A stretch of DNA of 64,000 bases, taken from positions 145,631 to 209,630 of the forward strand of contig JBGAJA010000004.1 in assembly GCA_044225175.1 (NCBI GenBank). Direction: 5' to 3'. The position numbers and the translations under genes were made by a program. The notes beneath the pieces are model-generated. The model was not told the origin of the DNA. It did no database searches and worked only from the letters and a program-made list of their open reading frames with translations. Shown piece by piece: positions 20,151 to 29,770 of this stretch (its first letter is position 1; every line of letters starts with the position of its first letter). Source of the stretch: Candidatus Omnitrophota bacterium (GTDB lineage Bacteria > Omnitrophota > Gorgyraeia > Zapsychrales > Fredricksoniimonadaceae).

Positions 20151-20654
20151 TTACTGTGCTTTGTTCTTGAGCATATATCGCACCAATGCTTCATTGGATT
20201 GATGTAATCTTCGGGCTGTTTCTCTGGCTATATTAAGGATCAACATTCCAAAGAGTTCTTTATCAGTTTCGTAGATGTTAAGTAAGCAATGAGGTTCCAA
20301 GATAATTAACTGGGTGGGTTTGATAGCTAAAGCACTCGATGAATGCGATTGGATTCCGATGACAGAGGTTTCCCCAAAACAATCTCCATCTTTAAAAGAA
20401 ATCAATTCTAGACATATAGCCTCATTATCAATGAGCATTTTAACTTCGCCTTGTTTAATAATATAAATGTAACTGGACGCATCCCCTCTTTTATAGATGA
20501 ACTCTCCTTCATCATAGCTAACCGTCTTAAGCAATCGAAAGATCTCCTCTAATTGATGAGAGCTCAATCCCCCAAAGATAGAAATCTTCTTAATCATGGG
20601 AATAATGTCTTGGGGATTGGTCAGAGGAGAATATATCTTGGTCATAGCTGTCAT
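20151..20654 (-). CDS. cyclic-nucleotide-binding (CAP-family effector) domain protein without an HTH
   Basis: The 167-aa product has the cNMP-binding beta-roll motifs FIYKRGDASSYIYIIKQGEVKM…GDCFGE. Confidence 0.7.
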   Translation of the reverse strand: MTAMTKIYSPLTNPQDIIPMIKKISIFGGLSSHQLEEIFRLLKTVSYDEGEFIYKRGDASSYIYIIKQGEVKMLIDNEAICLELISFKDGDCFGETSVIGIQSHSSSALAIKPTQLIILEPHCLLNIYETDKELFGMLILNIARETARRLHQSNEALVRYMLKNKAQ

Positions 20655-20705
20655 TCTAACGCAGAAAATGTGAATTTATATCCATTAATCAAAAAACCTG
20701 CTCGG

Positions 20706-22469
20706 TTAAGGATTTGATCCATCTGCTTTCAATATTTGCTCAAGCTGAGCGTTAGCCTGGGTCGTATAACTAATAAACTTCTTCTCATTATGACGATGTT
20801 CAAATTGTTCTTTTAATATCTTCTCATCATGAAATTTAAAGATTTCAAGCCTGCGTTTCACATGCTCAGGATGCAACCCTTTCTTCACTAATACTTCTTT
20901 AGCCACCTCAAGGCTTGTTAAATATGTTTCACGATGAATACTTTGAATGCCAATTTCCATCAAAAAAATCGCATGCTGCCTGTTTCTGGCTCGGGCTACA
21001 ATTTCGACTTCAGGGAAATGTTTTTTGACCGTTCTAGCGATTTCAATGGATTTTTCCATATCATCAACTGCTAACACAAAAAACTTGGCTTTAGCAGTGC
21101 CGGCAGATTCAAGAATATCCATTCGACTGGCGTCACCATAATAAACTTTATTACCAAATTTTCTGGCAATCTCAACTTGAGAAGCATCATTATCAAGAAT
21201 AGTAAAAGCAGTGACCTCTGATCTGAGTAAACGAGCTACGATTTGTCCAAATCGACCAAACCCAGCAATAATGACCTCGGGAGACTTCTCATCAATGGCA
21301 TCATAAGGACGTTCGGAGAGTTCAGATGACTTTCTGAAGTATTTCTGGTTTGCAGCAAAAATAAACGGAGTCAGCATCATGCTCATGGTGACTGCGACAT
21401 TTAGGATAGAGGCATTTTCATGAGAGAGAATATTGTTAGAAAACGCCACACTAAAGAGCACAAAAGCAAATTCTCCGCCTTGAGGTATTGTAAAGGCCAT
21501 GTTCTTGGCTGCATCTTTATCAAACCGAAAGATTCGCCCTAACCCAAAAATAATTAAACCTTTTAAGATGATAAATCCAAGCGTGACTGCAAGAACAACC
21601 CAGGGTTTGGCTACGATGACGTGCAGATCAAGCGACATTCCAATAGCGATAAAAAATAATCCCAGAAGCAGGCCTTTAAAAGGCAAAAGACTTGCCACCA
21701 ATTCATGCCTATACTCCGAATTGGCTAAAAGTATGCCAGCCATAAACGCCCCCATACCCATGGATAATCCAATAGCCTCGAACAAGACTGCTGTGCCTAA
21801 AACAACCATGAGGGCCATGGCAATAAAAACTTCCTGGAGTTTAGTTTCTGCAATGATACGAAAAACATGTCGAATCACATAATTACCTAGCAAAACAACC
21901 ACCACAAGTACCCCTAATACTTTGACAATTCCCCCGATACTAAATGAATTACCTTCGCCACCTGAAAAGAATGATAAAAGCGCAAGAATAGGCACAACTG
22001 CAATGTCTTGAAACATCAACACCGCAAATGCACCTTGGCCATGTTTTGTGTTTAATTGTCTATGAGATTCGAGAAGCGGTACTGCAAAAGCGGTCGATGA
22101 TAAAGCTAATCCAAAACCTGCCACAAAAGCAGCCAGCTTTTCAAGCCCAAGAAAACATCCAATTTGCATGAACAATAAGCCAGTGACTAAAACCTGTAAG
22201 AGGCCAAAACCAAAAATAGAACTGCGAAGTTTCCATAACTTGGCTGGTGTTAGCTCAAGCCCAATAATGAATAAAAGAAAAACAACGCCAAGCTCAGAGA
22301 ACTGCAAAATGACAACGGGATCTTTAATCCATCCTAAAACCATTGGTCCAACTAGAACACCAGCAAAAAGATATGCCAAAATCGGCCCAAGTCCAAATCT
22401 TGTAAATAAAGGAACAAAAAGGATCGCAACCGCGCTAAAGATTAACAGTTCGATAAGTACACTATGCAT
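20706..22469 (-). CDS. kefC: glutathione-regulated K+-efflux / cation:proton antiporter (KefB/KefC, CPA2 plus TrkA-N)
   Basis: It has a 13-TM Na_H exchanger domain and a Rossmann RCK N-domain (EVIIAGFGRFGQIVARLL). A strong SD GGAGGTTTC precedes the ATG at 22467-22469. Confidence 0.85.
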   Translation of the reverse strand: MHSVLIELLIFSAVAILFVPLFTRFGLGPILAYLFAGVLVGPMVLGWIKDPVVILQFSELGVVFLLFIIGLELTPAKLWKLRSSIFGFGLLQVLVTGLLFMQIGCFLGLEKLAAFVAGFGLALSSTAFAVPLLESHRQLNTKHGQGAFAVLMFQDIAVVPILALLSFFSGGEGNSFSIGGIVKVLGVLVVVVLLGNYVIRHVFRIIAETKLQEVFIAMALMVVLGTAVLFEAIGLSMGMGAFMAGILLANSEYRHELVASLLPFKGLLLGLFFIAIGMSLDLHVIVAKPWVVLAVTLGFIILKGLIIFGLGRIFRFDKDAAKNMAFTIPQGGEFAFVLFSVAFSNNILSHENASILNVAVTMSMMLTPFIFAANQKYFRKSSELSERPYDAIDEKSPEVIIAGFGRFGQIVARLLRSEVTAFTILDNDASQVEIARKFGNKVYYGDASRMDILESAGTAKAKFFVLAVDDMEKSIEIARTVKKHFPEVEIVARARNRQHAIFLMEIGIQSIHRETYLTSLEVAKEVLVKKGLHPEHVKRRLEIFKFHDEKILKEQFEHRHNEKKFISYTTQANAQLEQILKADGSNP

Positions 22470-22480
22470 GAAACCTCCGA

Positions 22481-22726
22481 TTAATAAACCGCCGTGCCCT
22501 TTCGTAGGGGCTCAAGCAACCCTTCTAAACCATTGAGTTTAATCTCATACATACTTCTTAACATCGCTCCCAGTGACCCTGGAGGGAAACCTTTGCGTTC
22601 AAACCAGCAAAGATAAGTTTCTGGAAGATCCACTAGCAATCGTCCCTTATATTTCCCAAAAGGCATCTGTGTTTGAAGAAGTGTGAGTAAATATTCGGGG
22701 TCGGGTAATAAAGCTTGTTCAGTCAT
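22481..22726 (-). CDS. DUF3820-family small protein
   Basis: The motif MPFGKYKGRLLVDLPETYLCWF matches DUF3820 from memory. Confidence 0.55.
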   Translation of the reverse strand: MTEQALLPDPEYLLTLLQTQMPFGKYKGRLLVDLPETYLCWFERKGFPPGSLGAMLRSMYEIKLNGLEGLLEPLRKGTAVY

Positions 22727-22950
22727 TAGGAAATCTTCTTCTTATAGATAATAAATTGCGGATGTTTAGGTGTGTAGGCTTTCTGTACTTCTATTTGGCT
22801 GCGTAATACAGTTAATTTGACGGATGCCCTTTCGTCACCTTTTTCTAAATCAAAAAGTACGATACGATTCTCAGTCCGCACACCAACCACCCTATATGCT
22901 TGGCCATCATCCTTCAAGATAACCGTATCACCAACATCGTATTCAGCCAT
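22726..22950 (-). CDS. small hypothetical protein (74 aa)
   Basis: The product is MAEYDVGDTVILKDDGQAYRVVG…. The ATG is at 22948-22950. It is coupled to the downstream gene by an ATGA overlap. The track's longer start would overlap the upstream ORF. Confidence 0.4.
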   Translation of the reverse strand: MAEYDVGDTVILKDDGQAYRVVGVRTENRIVLFDLEKGDERASVKLTVLRSQIEVQKAYTPKHPQFIIYKKKIS

Positions 22951-22978
22951 ATTACTTTCCTTACTTATTCTTTGGATG

Positions 22979-23446
22979 CTATATTTTTTGAATGATACGC
23001 CTCCAAAGAAACATTTCATTCCCATGAGCATTTTGAGGGAGTTGATCTTTAGGCGGGGTATAAATCTTAGTTTGTTTGACAATAAACTCACTGGGAACTT
23101 TACTGATAATCACCATCAAATCCCTTTTTTTGACGCGTTGAATCTTTTCAATCACTTCTTTTTTATCAGCATTATCTGTAAAAACATAGGCTTGTTTTAG
23201 ATCAGCTGGCAATTGCTTATAAACGACTAAGAATTTTCCATAGTATTTCTGGAACTTATCCTCTCTCATGTTTGCAATTGTCTTAATATATTTGGCTTTT
23301 AATTTGGGCAGATTGGAAGTTTTAACATAAATCTTAGCCAAGTTCTTGATAGTCCCTCCAACCACCAAATCATATAACGAGGCTTTGGCATGGCTGGTCG
23401 ATGGAAAGATAAGAAGTAAAATAAAAATGATTAATTTGGGAAGCAT
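22979..23446 (-). CDS. secreted hypothetical protein
   Basis: It has a signal peptide (TSHA|KA). It is Lys-rich with no recognised motif. Confidence 0.4.
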   Translation of the reverse strand: MLPKLIIFILLLIFPSTSHAKASLYDLVVGGTIKNLAKIYVKTSNLPKLKAKYIKTIANMREDKFQKYYGKFLVVYKQLPADLKQAYVFTDNADKKEVIEKIQRVKKRDLMVIISKVPSEFIVKQTKIYTPPKDQLPQNAHGNEMFLWRRIIQKI

Positions 23447-23524
23447 AATGGGATTATTCTAGCAATAACCCCAAGACTCACACAAGCTAATTTACCGTAA
23501 ATGAAGCCAGCAGAAGATCAGATC

Positions 23525-24301
23525 TTATCCTAAAACTTCATTAACCGTTTTCAAAAGATCCGACGCATCTGTTGACTCAATAAAACGATCAATGCCTTCT
23601 TTATCCCCAATCTTTTGTGCAATGGTATTTCCTTCTGCTCCCTTGGCAGTATACAAAATATATTTGATATCCTGTGTTTTGGCCATCATCTTAAGTTTAA
23701 GGATCACCATGTCACCTGGTATATCTTCTAGGCCTAATTTAACTAGCACGACATCTGGGATGGTGTTAGAGGTTCGCTCGATACCTTCAGTACCATTCTG
23801 GGCTGGATTGACCATGTAACCAGCTGTTAAAAAGGCAGCACCGATTCTGTTTAATGTTTCAGGATCATTCTCAACAATACCAATTTTCCGAGGAACCCTG
23901 CTTCCGGTCGATAAAACCTTGGTAACAGTGTTTGACCTTTTAGAAATGATGGTAGCTACTTCAGATAAGAGATCATCGATTTCAAAGGGTTTGGCCATGA
24001 AACCATCAATATTCAATTGTTTAAACAACTGCTCCATGTTGGCACGAGCGGTCAAGACCAATACCGGATAACGTGGTTTATCTTGAACACAGATCTTTTG
24101 ATAAAATTCCAGCCCGCCCATTTTAGGCATATTCATATCAAGGATAATCAAATCGGGCTTCATGGTTTCTAATTTAGCTAAACCTTCAATCCCGTTACCG
24201 GCTGTTTCAACATGATAACCTTTAGACTTCAAGGCCATCTTGACTAATTGCTGCAAATCAATTTCATCATCAATTAAAAGAATCGTTTTAGGGGTACTCA
24301 T
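23525..24301 (-). CDS. response regulator, REC plus a degenerate second REC-like domain
   Basis: The N-terminal REC reads LLIDDE…DLIILDMNMPKMGG…LVLTA. The C-terminal half is REC-like but lacks the phospho-accepting Asp. It overlaps the histidine kinase gene at 24298-24301. Confidence 0.75.
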   Translation of the reverse strand: MSTPKTILLIDDEIDLQQLVKMALKSKGYHVETAGNGIEGLAKLETMKPDLIILDMNMPKMGGLEFYQKICVQDKPRYPVLVLTARANMEQLFKQLNIDGFMAKPFEIDDLLSEVATIISKRSNTVTKVLSTGSRVPRKIGIVENDPETLNRIGAAFLTAGYMVNPAQNGTEGIERTSNTIPDVVLVKLGLEDIPGDMVILKLKMMAKTQDIKYILYTAKGAEGNTIAQKIGDKEGIDRFIESTDASDLLKTVNEVLG

Positions 24302-25704
24302 AATTGTTCTCCATTCTTGTAGGGTAATATAAAGTTAAACGTCGTTCCTTGACTCAGCTTAGATTCCACCCAGATCTTCCCACCATGCAGGGTGATAATC
24401 TCCTTGGTGATTGCAAGCCCAAGCCCTGTACCACCTTCTTCAACATCTTGGGCTGATTCTAATTGTTGAAATTTTTGAAAAACTTTATCCAAATCCCCTT
24501 CAGCAATCCCTTTACCTGTATCTTGAACACTGACAAGAATGGCATTGTCTTGGGTTTTGGTTGCGATACTCACTCCACCTTTTTTGGTGAATTTAAGTGC
24601 ATTACTTAATAAATTATTTAAGACCTGAATGATACGGTCACTATCAAAAGCTAGGTGATGTATCTCGGCTTTCAAATCAGTTTTAATATATAACCCTCGC
24701 GTCTGAGAAACATCCTTTTGATTTTCCACAACCTCTTGAATCACCTTATGAAGGTCCTTAGAGATAAAATTCATCTTTAATTTTCCAGCTTCCATCTTGG
24801 TTAAATCCAAAATATCATCGATCAAGCGTTTCAAACGATCTACATTATTCTTAGCACGCCCCAATACCTCCTCCTGATCAGGATTGATATCACCGACCAT
24901 CCGTTTAATGACCAGATCAATAGCTGCTTTGATTGAGGCAAGCGGCGTACGAAGTTCATGTGAAACCGTTGAGGTAAATTCCTTTTGCATTTCATAAACT
25001 GCTTTCAACTTTTCTGATTGCATGAGCTTTATGTGGGTAACTTGCGCCTCATCCATAGCAGTCCTTAAATCTTGAGATGTGGCTTCCAGTTCCGATCGAT
25101 CTTGGGCTATTTTTTTCATTTCAAAAAATCCACGGATACAGGTTCTAATTAAAATAATATCTTCAAATACTACCCAACCCGCATGCTCCATCCAACGATA
25201 AGGACTGGCTGTCAAAACACCAAAAATTGATTGTGGCCAAAACACACTTCTAATCCAATGATCAAGGGCTGTCACGACGGTCGCTGTGATCAACACCTTC
25301 CAGTCTCTGTAAAATGAAAGAAAGGCTAGCGCCCCAAATATTTGGAAATGCGTTTCAATTCTTCCTCCCATTAAATGAATCAATAACCCACAATAGAGCA
25401 TCTGGGCCACAGCAATCACATGTCGGGTATAGATTTCCCCTGATTTAAAAAGTCCTAAAGCGATTGGCAAAAGTAGAATCCCACCTCCTAAAAATATGGC
25501 CGTCCATACATGGATATGGATCGAACTGATCGAGCCTTCCCACGCTTTAGGAGAAACAATCCAGGAGATCATGATGCCAAAGAGCCATTGGAAGATCATT
25601 AGCTTGACGAACATTCTATCCGTACTTTTATAAACCTCCTGCTGTGCGGATAAAAGAAGCTCTTCAGTTCTGCGTTCAATTTGAAATTTATTCTTTGATG
25701 GCAT
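24298..25704 (-). CDS. sensor histidine kinase (membrane-embedded sensor, HisKA, HATPase)
   Basis: It has 5-6 TM helices. The H-box is VSHELRTPLASIKAAIDL. The ATP-lid has an N-box NLLSNALKFT, a G1 box DTGKGI and a G2 box GGTGLGLAI. Confidence 0.85.
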   Translation of the reverse strand: MPSKNKFQIERRTEELLLSAQQEVYKSTDRMFVKLMIFQWLFGIMISWIVSPKAWEGSISSIHIHVWTAIFLGGGILLLPIALGLFKSGEIYTRHVIAVAQMLYCGLLIHLMGGRIETHFQIFGALAFLSFYRDWKVLITATVVTALDHWIRSVFWPQSIFGVLTASPYRWMEHAGWVVFEDIILIRTCIRGFFEMKKIAQDRSELEATSQDLRTAMDEAQVTHIKLMQSEKLKAVYEMQKEFTSTVSHELRTPLASIKAAIDLVIKRMVGDINPDQEEVLGRAKNNVDRLKRLIDDILDLTKMEAGKLKMNFISKDLHKVIQEVVENQKDVSQTRGLYIKTDLKAEIHHLAFDSDRIIQVLNNLLSNALKFTKKGGVSIATKTQDNAILVSVQDTGKGIAEGDLDKVFQKFQQLESAQDVEEGGTGLGLAITKEIITLHGGKIWVESKLSQGTTFNFILPYKNGEQL

Positions 25705-26314
25705 CGTCGGCTCCTTTTGGAGATTTTAAAAGACAACCAAAGGTAGGTGTGCTGTGCACACTGACTAGTCGGTCATGAACAATATCCTCAATACTACTGC
25801 GTCCAATATTATCTCCTGAATGCCCTCTAGAATCTGTAATTCCACCAGCGAAAACTAATTGCCCTTTACGGTTATACACAAGGGTCTGCCCTGAAACGTT
25901 ACCGCCAAAAATTTGAGCTTGCTTACCTTCATCATCAATGATGACTTCAACGCCAGGAATTTCACTGGCGGCTTTAAATAAATCTGACTTGACCCAAGTC
26001 TCATCCATTCCTTTAGGTTTTATAAAAAGTACATAGGCATGAAGCTTGCCTTGAGCCTTGGCCATGATCAAGGCCAATTCTCCAATGCTGGCTCTTGTGC
26101 AAGGGCATTTGGGATGGGCTACCATTACCAAGGTATATAGATCGGATGAAGGATGCACAAAAGATTCTGAAGGCCATTGCTTGGTTACGTGTTTTAAGAC
26201 AGCCGTTTTGTATTCATAGTTATAAAGCTTAGAGAAGCCGAAACCCAAGCCCGAAATCCATATCGTTCCAACTAAAATCAACAAAACTTTTTTACCTTGC
26301 GCGTTCATAATCAT
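25688..26314 (-). CDS. membrane-anchored protein with a CxC motif, possibly thioredoxin-fold (TlpA/Sco-like)
   Basis: It has an N-terminal anchor and HPKCPCTRASIGEL. It sits between the two kinase paralogs with 4-nt and 17-nt overlaps. Confidence 0.35.
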   Translation of the reverse strand: MIMNAQGKKVLLILVGTIWISGLGFGFSKLYNYEYKTAVLKHVTKQWPSESFVHPSSDLYTLVMVAHPKCPCTRASIGELALIMAKAQGKLHAYVLFIKPKGMDETWVKSDLFKAASEIPGVEVIIDDEGKQAQIFGGNVSGQTLVYNRKGQLVFAGGITDSRGHSGDNIGRSSIEDIVHDRLVSVHSTPTFGCLLKSPKGADDAIKE

Positions 26315-28563
26315 TGTCCATTCTTGTAAGGCAATATAAAGCTAAAAGTAGTGCCTTGACCTAGTTTAGATTCGACCCAAATCTTGCCGCCATGTAGATT
26401 GATAATCTCCTTGGTGATTGCAAGCCCTAGGCCCGTACCACCTTCTTCCACATCTTGAGAAGATTCCAATTGTTGAAACTTTTGAAATATCTTTGTCATA
26501 TCTGTCTTAGCAATACCCTTGCCAGTATCTTGAACACTAACAAGAATCGCATTCTCTTGAGGCTGATCAATTGTTGTGATTGTAACACCACCTTCTTTAG
26601 TAAATTTAAGGGCATTGCTTAATAAATTATTCAAAACCTGGATGATACGATCACTATCAAAGGCAAGTTGATGGTTCTTAGCCTTTAAATCAGTTTTGAC
26701 ATAAAGCTCACGTGTGTGTGCTACGTCCTTTTGATTTTCTACAACTTCTTCAATCACCGCATGGAGGTCTTTAGAAATAAAATTCATCTTTAATTTTCCA
26801 ATTTCCATCTTAGTCAAATCTAAAATGTCATCGATTAAACGTTTCAAGCGATCCACATTCTTCTTCGCCCGTCCCAACACTTCCTCTTGGTCTGGATTGA
26901 TATCTCCCACCATTCGTTTGATAACTAAATCAATCGCAGCCTTAATGGAAGCAAGTGGGGTGCGAAGTTCATGCGAAACCGTTGATGTAAAATCTTTTTG
27001 CATTTCATACATCAACGTTAATTTCTTGTTAACTGACTCAAGCTCCTCGGCCTCTTTTTGTTCGGTAATATCATTAAAAAGCACGACACAGCCATTGGGA
27101 GCCCCATTCTCATTTAAAAGAGGTGTGCATGTATATTCTACGGGAAAGCTGGTACCATCCTTACGCCAGAACACATCGCTTTTAATGCGGCGTCTTAACC
27201 CGTCTTTTAAAGATTTATAAATCGGACAGTCAGCTTGATCGTGAGGAGTTCCATCAGCGTGAGTGTGATGCATGGTTAGGTGTCCTGGCTTTCCAACCAG
27301 TTCAGTAGCACTATAGCCTAGCATTTGAGCCGCAGATGGATTTTCATATTTGATCTTGCCATTCACATCAAGCCAGTGAATCCCCTCCCCCATAGAATTT
27401 AAAACCAAGGCATGCTCATTGCGCAACTTCTCTATTTGTTCTATGGCGATATTCAACTGTTTATTCTTATACTCCATTTCTTGTTGAGACTTCATTAACT
27501 GATCACCATGTCTATTAAAGAAATAAACAGCCAGAGACAATAGAAAGACTAAGACAGCAACCATGCTGTAGGAAAATTTCGCAAAGTTTTGAATAAAGAC
27601 CACGTTATTACGCTGCCAAAATTCTTGATTGGATACCCCTGCCCATAACTCCCATTCTCCGTCTTTATCATTAAGACCCAAAGGAAGAACCTCAGAATAG
27701 ATAAGCTCAGGATTAGCGCGCCCAGCTTCTATCCATGTCTTGGAATGAGAAGCTTCTGTTTTTCCAGATTTAAAAATATTAAGACCCTGTTTAGCTTTTC
27801 TAATGGCATAATTTCCTGAAGGCAACCAGTCTCTCATAACGGATGTTAAAAATATTCCAGATATACTTCCCTTTAATTGATGGGCGTCATCAAAAAATGG
27901 AACTGAGTACAAAAGACCTGAACGATCCTCATCATTAGGTTTTAGAGGATTATATCGACTATTATCACATGTGATCACTTTAGGCCCGATCACAGCTGGA
28001 ACATCCAAGCCTTGAATTTTATCTTCCGATGGATAATGCTCTGCAAACCACTTAAGCTGCTTTTGAAGCACTTTATATTCATAGATTTCAATTTCTTCAA
28101 CTTTATGATCAGCTCCTGATCCACCTTTGTTTGATAATGCTGTCTTTCCCACAATCACCTCATCAAAAGCCAGAATAGGTTTTTCTAACTCAGAGGTTAC
28201 TGGATCTTTACGTTCTGGATTAAAATCTAGAGGAAGAATGTACACTTCTGATAGAGATATTTGATTAGCGATACTGTTATAAACTTCCTGAATGACCTTC
28301 TTATCGTTCTCACCAATGGTTTGGCCATATCGGTCAATTCTTTTAATACTAGGCAGACGTGAAATAGTCCTTAATCCTTCATAAATTCTTTTAAAATAAT
28401 CTTCCCTGATATCTCCAACGAGGGTTTTGGATTTGATATGTTCTTCTTCATGAAACGCTTCTTTGGCTGATTGAATATCTGAAGAATATTTCACATGAAT
28501 GGTCCCGCACAAAAGAAGTCCTAAGAAAAGAATGCTAATATATGGAAATTTTCTTCTAAGCAC
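26311..28563 (-). CDS. sensor histidine kinase with periplasmic domain, PAS, HisKA and HATPase
   Basis: The 750-aa product has a signal anchor and a ~300-aa periplasmic region. It has a TM helix and a PAS (…NSMGEGIHWLDVNGKIKYENPSAAQMLGY…). Its C-terminal 250 aa are ~85% identical at DNA level to the 24298..25704 kinase. Confidence 0.85.
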   Translation of the reverse strand: MLRRKFPYISILFLGLLLCGTIHVKYSSDIQSAKEAFHEEEHIKSKTLVGDIREDYFKRIYEGLRTISRLPSIKRIDRYGQTIGENDKKVIQEVYNSIANQISLSEVYILPLDFNPERKDPVTSELEKPILAFDEVIVGKTALSNKGGSGADHKVEEIEIYEYKVLQKQLKWFAEHYPSEDKIQGLDVPAVIGPKVITCDNSRYNPLKPNDEDRSGLLYSVPFFDDAHQLKGSISGIFLTSVMRDWLPSGNYAIRKAKQGLNIFKSGKTEASHSKTWIEAGRANPELIYSEVLPLGLNDKDGEWELWAGVSNQEFWQRNNVVFIQNFAKFSYSMVAVLVFLLSLAVYFFNRHGDQLMKSQQEMEYKNKQLNIAIEQIEKLRNEHALVLNSMGEGIHWLDVNGKIKYENPSAAQMLGYSATELVGKPGHLTMHHTHADGTPHDQADCPIYKSLKDGLRRRIKSDVFWRKDGTSFPVEYTCTPLLNENGAPNGCVVLFNDITEQKEAEELESVNKKLTLMYEMQKDFTSTVSHELRTPLASIKAAIDLVIKRMVGDINPDQEEVLGRAKKNVDRLKRLIDDILDLTKMEIGKLKMNFISKDLHAVIEEVVENQKDVAHTRELYVKTDLKAKNHQLAFDSDRIIQVLNNLLSNALKFTKEGGVTITTIDQPQENAILVSVQDTGKGIAKTDMTKIFQKFQQLESSQDVEEGGTGLGLAITKEIINLHGGKIWVESKLGQGTTFSFILPYKNGQ

Positions 28564-29152
28564 GACCGCCCCCTTTGATGCTTAATAATTCCTCAATTTT
28601 TTCTTTCAAACTGTCCATATCAAATGGTTTTGGTAAAAAGGCATCCGCTCCCACCTTCTTCATCTCGTTGATAGCCTCATCATCCGTGTTTCCTGAGATA
28701 AAAAGGATTTTGACATTCTTATTTTCTGGGTTGCTTCGAATTCTAGAACATACGCCATACCCATTCATACCTGGCATTTGAATATCTAAAAGGATCAAAT
28801 GAGGTTTAAAACTGACAAATTTCTCTCCTGCTTCAAATCCATCAAAGGCTACTTCAATCGCATAATTTTTTTGAAATAGTAAAAAACGTTTAGTTAAGGC
28901 AACTAAATCCTTGTCATCATCCACAATCAAGACCCGCTTTAAATCTACAACTGAGGCTGATTCAAATTCCTTAGGGATGGGCATATTGTATTTCTTAAGA
29001 AAGCTAACGAATTCTTCAATACTAACTCGGCTGTGATTGCCTGGAGTGCGGTAAGCTGTTAACTTACCTTCATTAATCCACTGAATCACAGTCCTTGGAG
29101 TGACTTGGCAGTGTTGGGCGATCTCATAGGTTGTTAAGGTGTTTTTATACAT
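28556..29152 (-). CDS. response regulator with an N-terminal excisionase/MerR-type HTH and a REC domain
   Basis: It has an HTH_17-like N-terminus (YEIAQHCQVTPRTVIQWINEGKL). The REC has LIVDDD…LILLDIQMPGMNG. Confidence 0.75.
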   Translation of the reverse strand: MYKNTLTTYEIAQHCQVTPRTVIQWINEGKLTAYRTPGNHSRVSIEEFVSFLKKYNMPIPKEFESASVVDLKRVLIVDDDKDLVALTKRFLLFQKNYAIEVAFDGFEAGEKFVSFKPHLILLDIQMPGMNGYGVCSRIRSNPENKNVKILFISGNTDDEAINEMKKVGADAFLPKPFDMDSLKEKIEELLSIKGGGRA

Positions 29153-29155
29153 ACT

Positions 29156-29542
29156 TTATTTTCCTGCCTGTTTTAAACCAAATTCCACCACTTGAAACAA
29201 ATGGTCAAGCTCAAAAGGTTTACCTAGAGACTGAAACTTCTCTCCTTCAATGTTGACTCCAACAGATCCAAAATCTTCATCCTCAGAAACAAGACCAGTT
29301 AAAAAAATAACTGGTATAGATTTTAGGTCTGGGTTCTTTCTTATAGATTTAACGACTTCACCCCCATTAATCTTGGGCATCATAATATCCATGAGGATTA
29401 AATCGGGCTTTTCCTTCTTAACTTCTTCCACCACACGAAGGCCATCATGAATGGTAGTAACCTCATATCCTTGGCTGACTAAGGCCATCTTTGTTAAGCT
29501 AGCTAGGTTACGATCATCATCTACTACCATTATTTTCCTCAT
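29156..29542 (-). CDS. single-domain response regulator (CheY-like REC)
   Basis: The likely start is MRKIMVVDDDRNL (ATG at 29540-29542) behind a GGAGGC SD. The track's 32-aa extension is unlikely. Confidence 0.75.
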   Translation of the reverse strand: MRKIMVVDDDRNLASLTKMALVSQGYEVTTIHDGLRVVEEVKKEKPDLILMDIMMPKINGGEVVKSIRKNPDLKSIPVIFLTGLVSEDEDFGSVGVNIEGEKFQSLGKPFELDHLFQVVEFGLKQAGK

Positions 29543-29660
29543 ATAGCCTCCTGTACCTGCCTTGAAGAGCATCCTGTATATCCCGCTCTTCCTGTTTCTC
29601 CTGTTTAAAGGATACCCGGCCAAAACCCTCTTTGTCAACCTAAGCCAGGATTAAAAACAA

Positions 29661-29697
29661 ATAAACCTATGTAAATTGTTTATTTACATAGGTTTAT
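29661..29697 (-). terminator. rho-independent terminator candidate (16-bp perfect inverted repeat)
   Basis: The repeat is ATAAACCTATGTAAAT-tgttt-ATTTACATAGGTTTAT, followed on the minus strand by TTGTTTTTAA. It lies downstream of the methyltransferase stop. Confidence 0.5.
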
Positions 29698-29770
29698 GGT
29701 ATTAATGAGTTACAAAATTAATTTTAGGAAGGCTAAATTTGGCTCATGGGTACTGCCTTTTTCTATAAAG

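Noticed and set aside
21499-22536. Plus-strand ORFs 20947..21141, 21499..21882 and 22168..22536 inside kefC
   Set aside because: They are antisense shadows of a long motif-rich gene.
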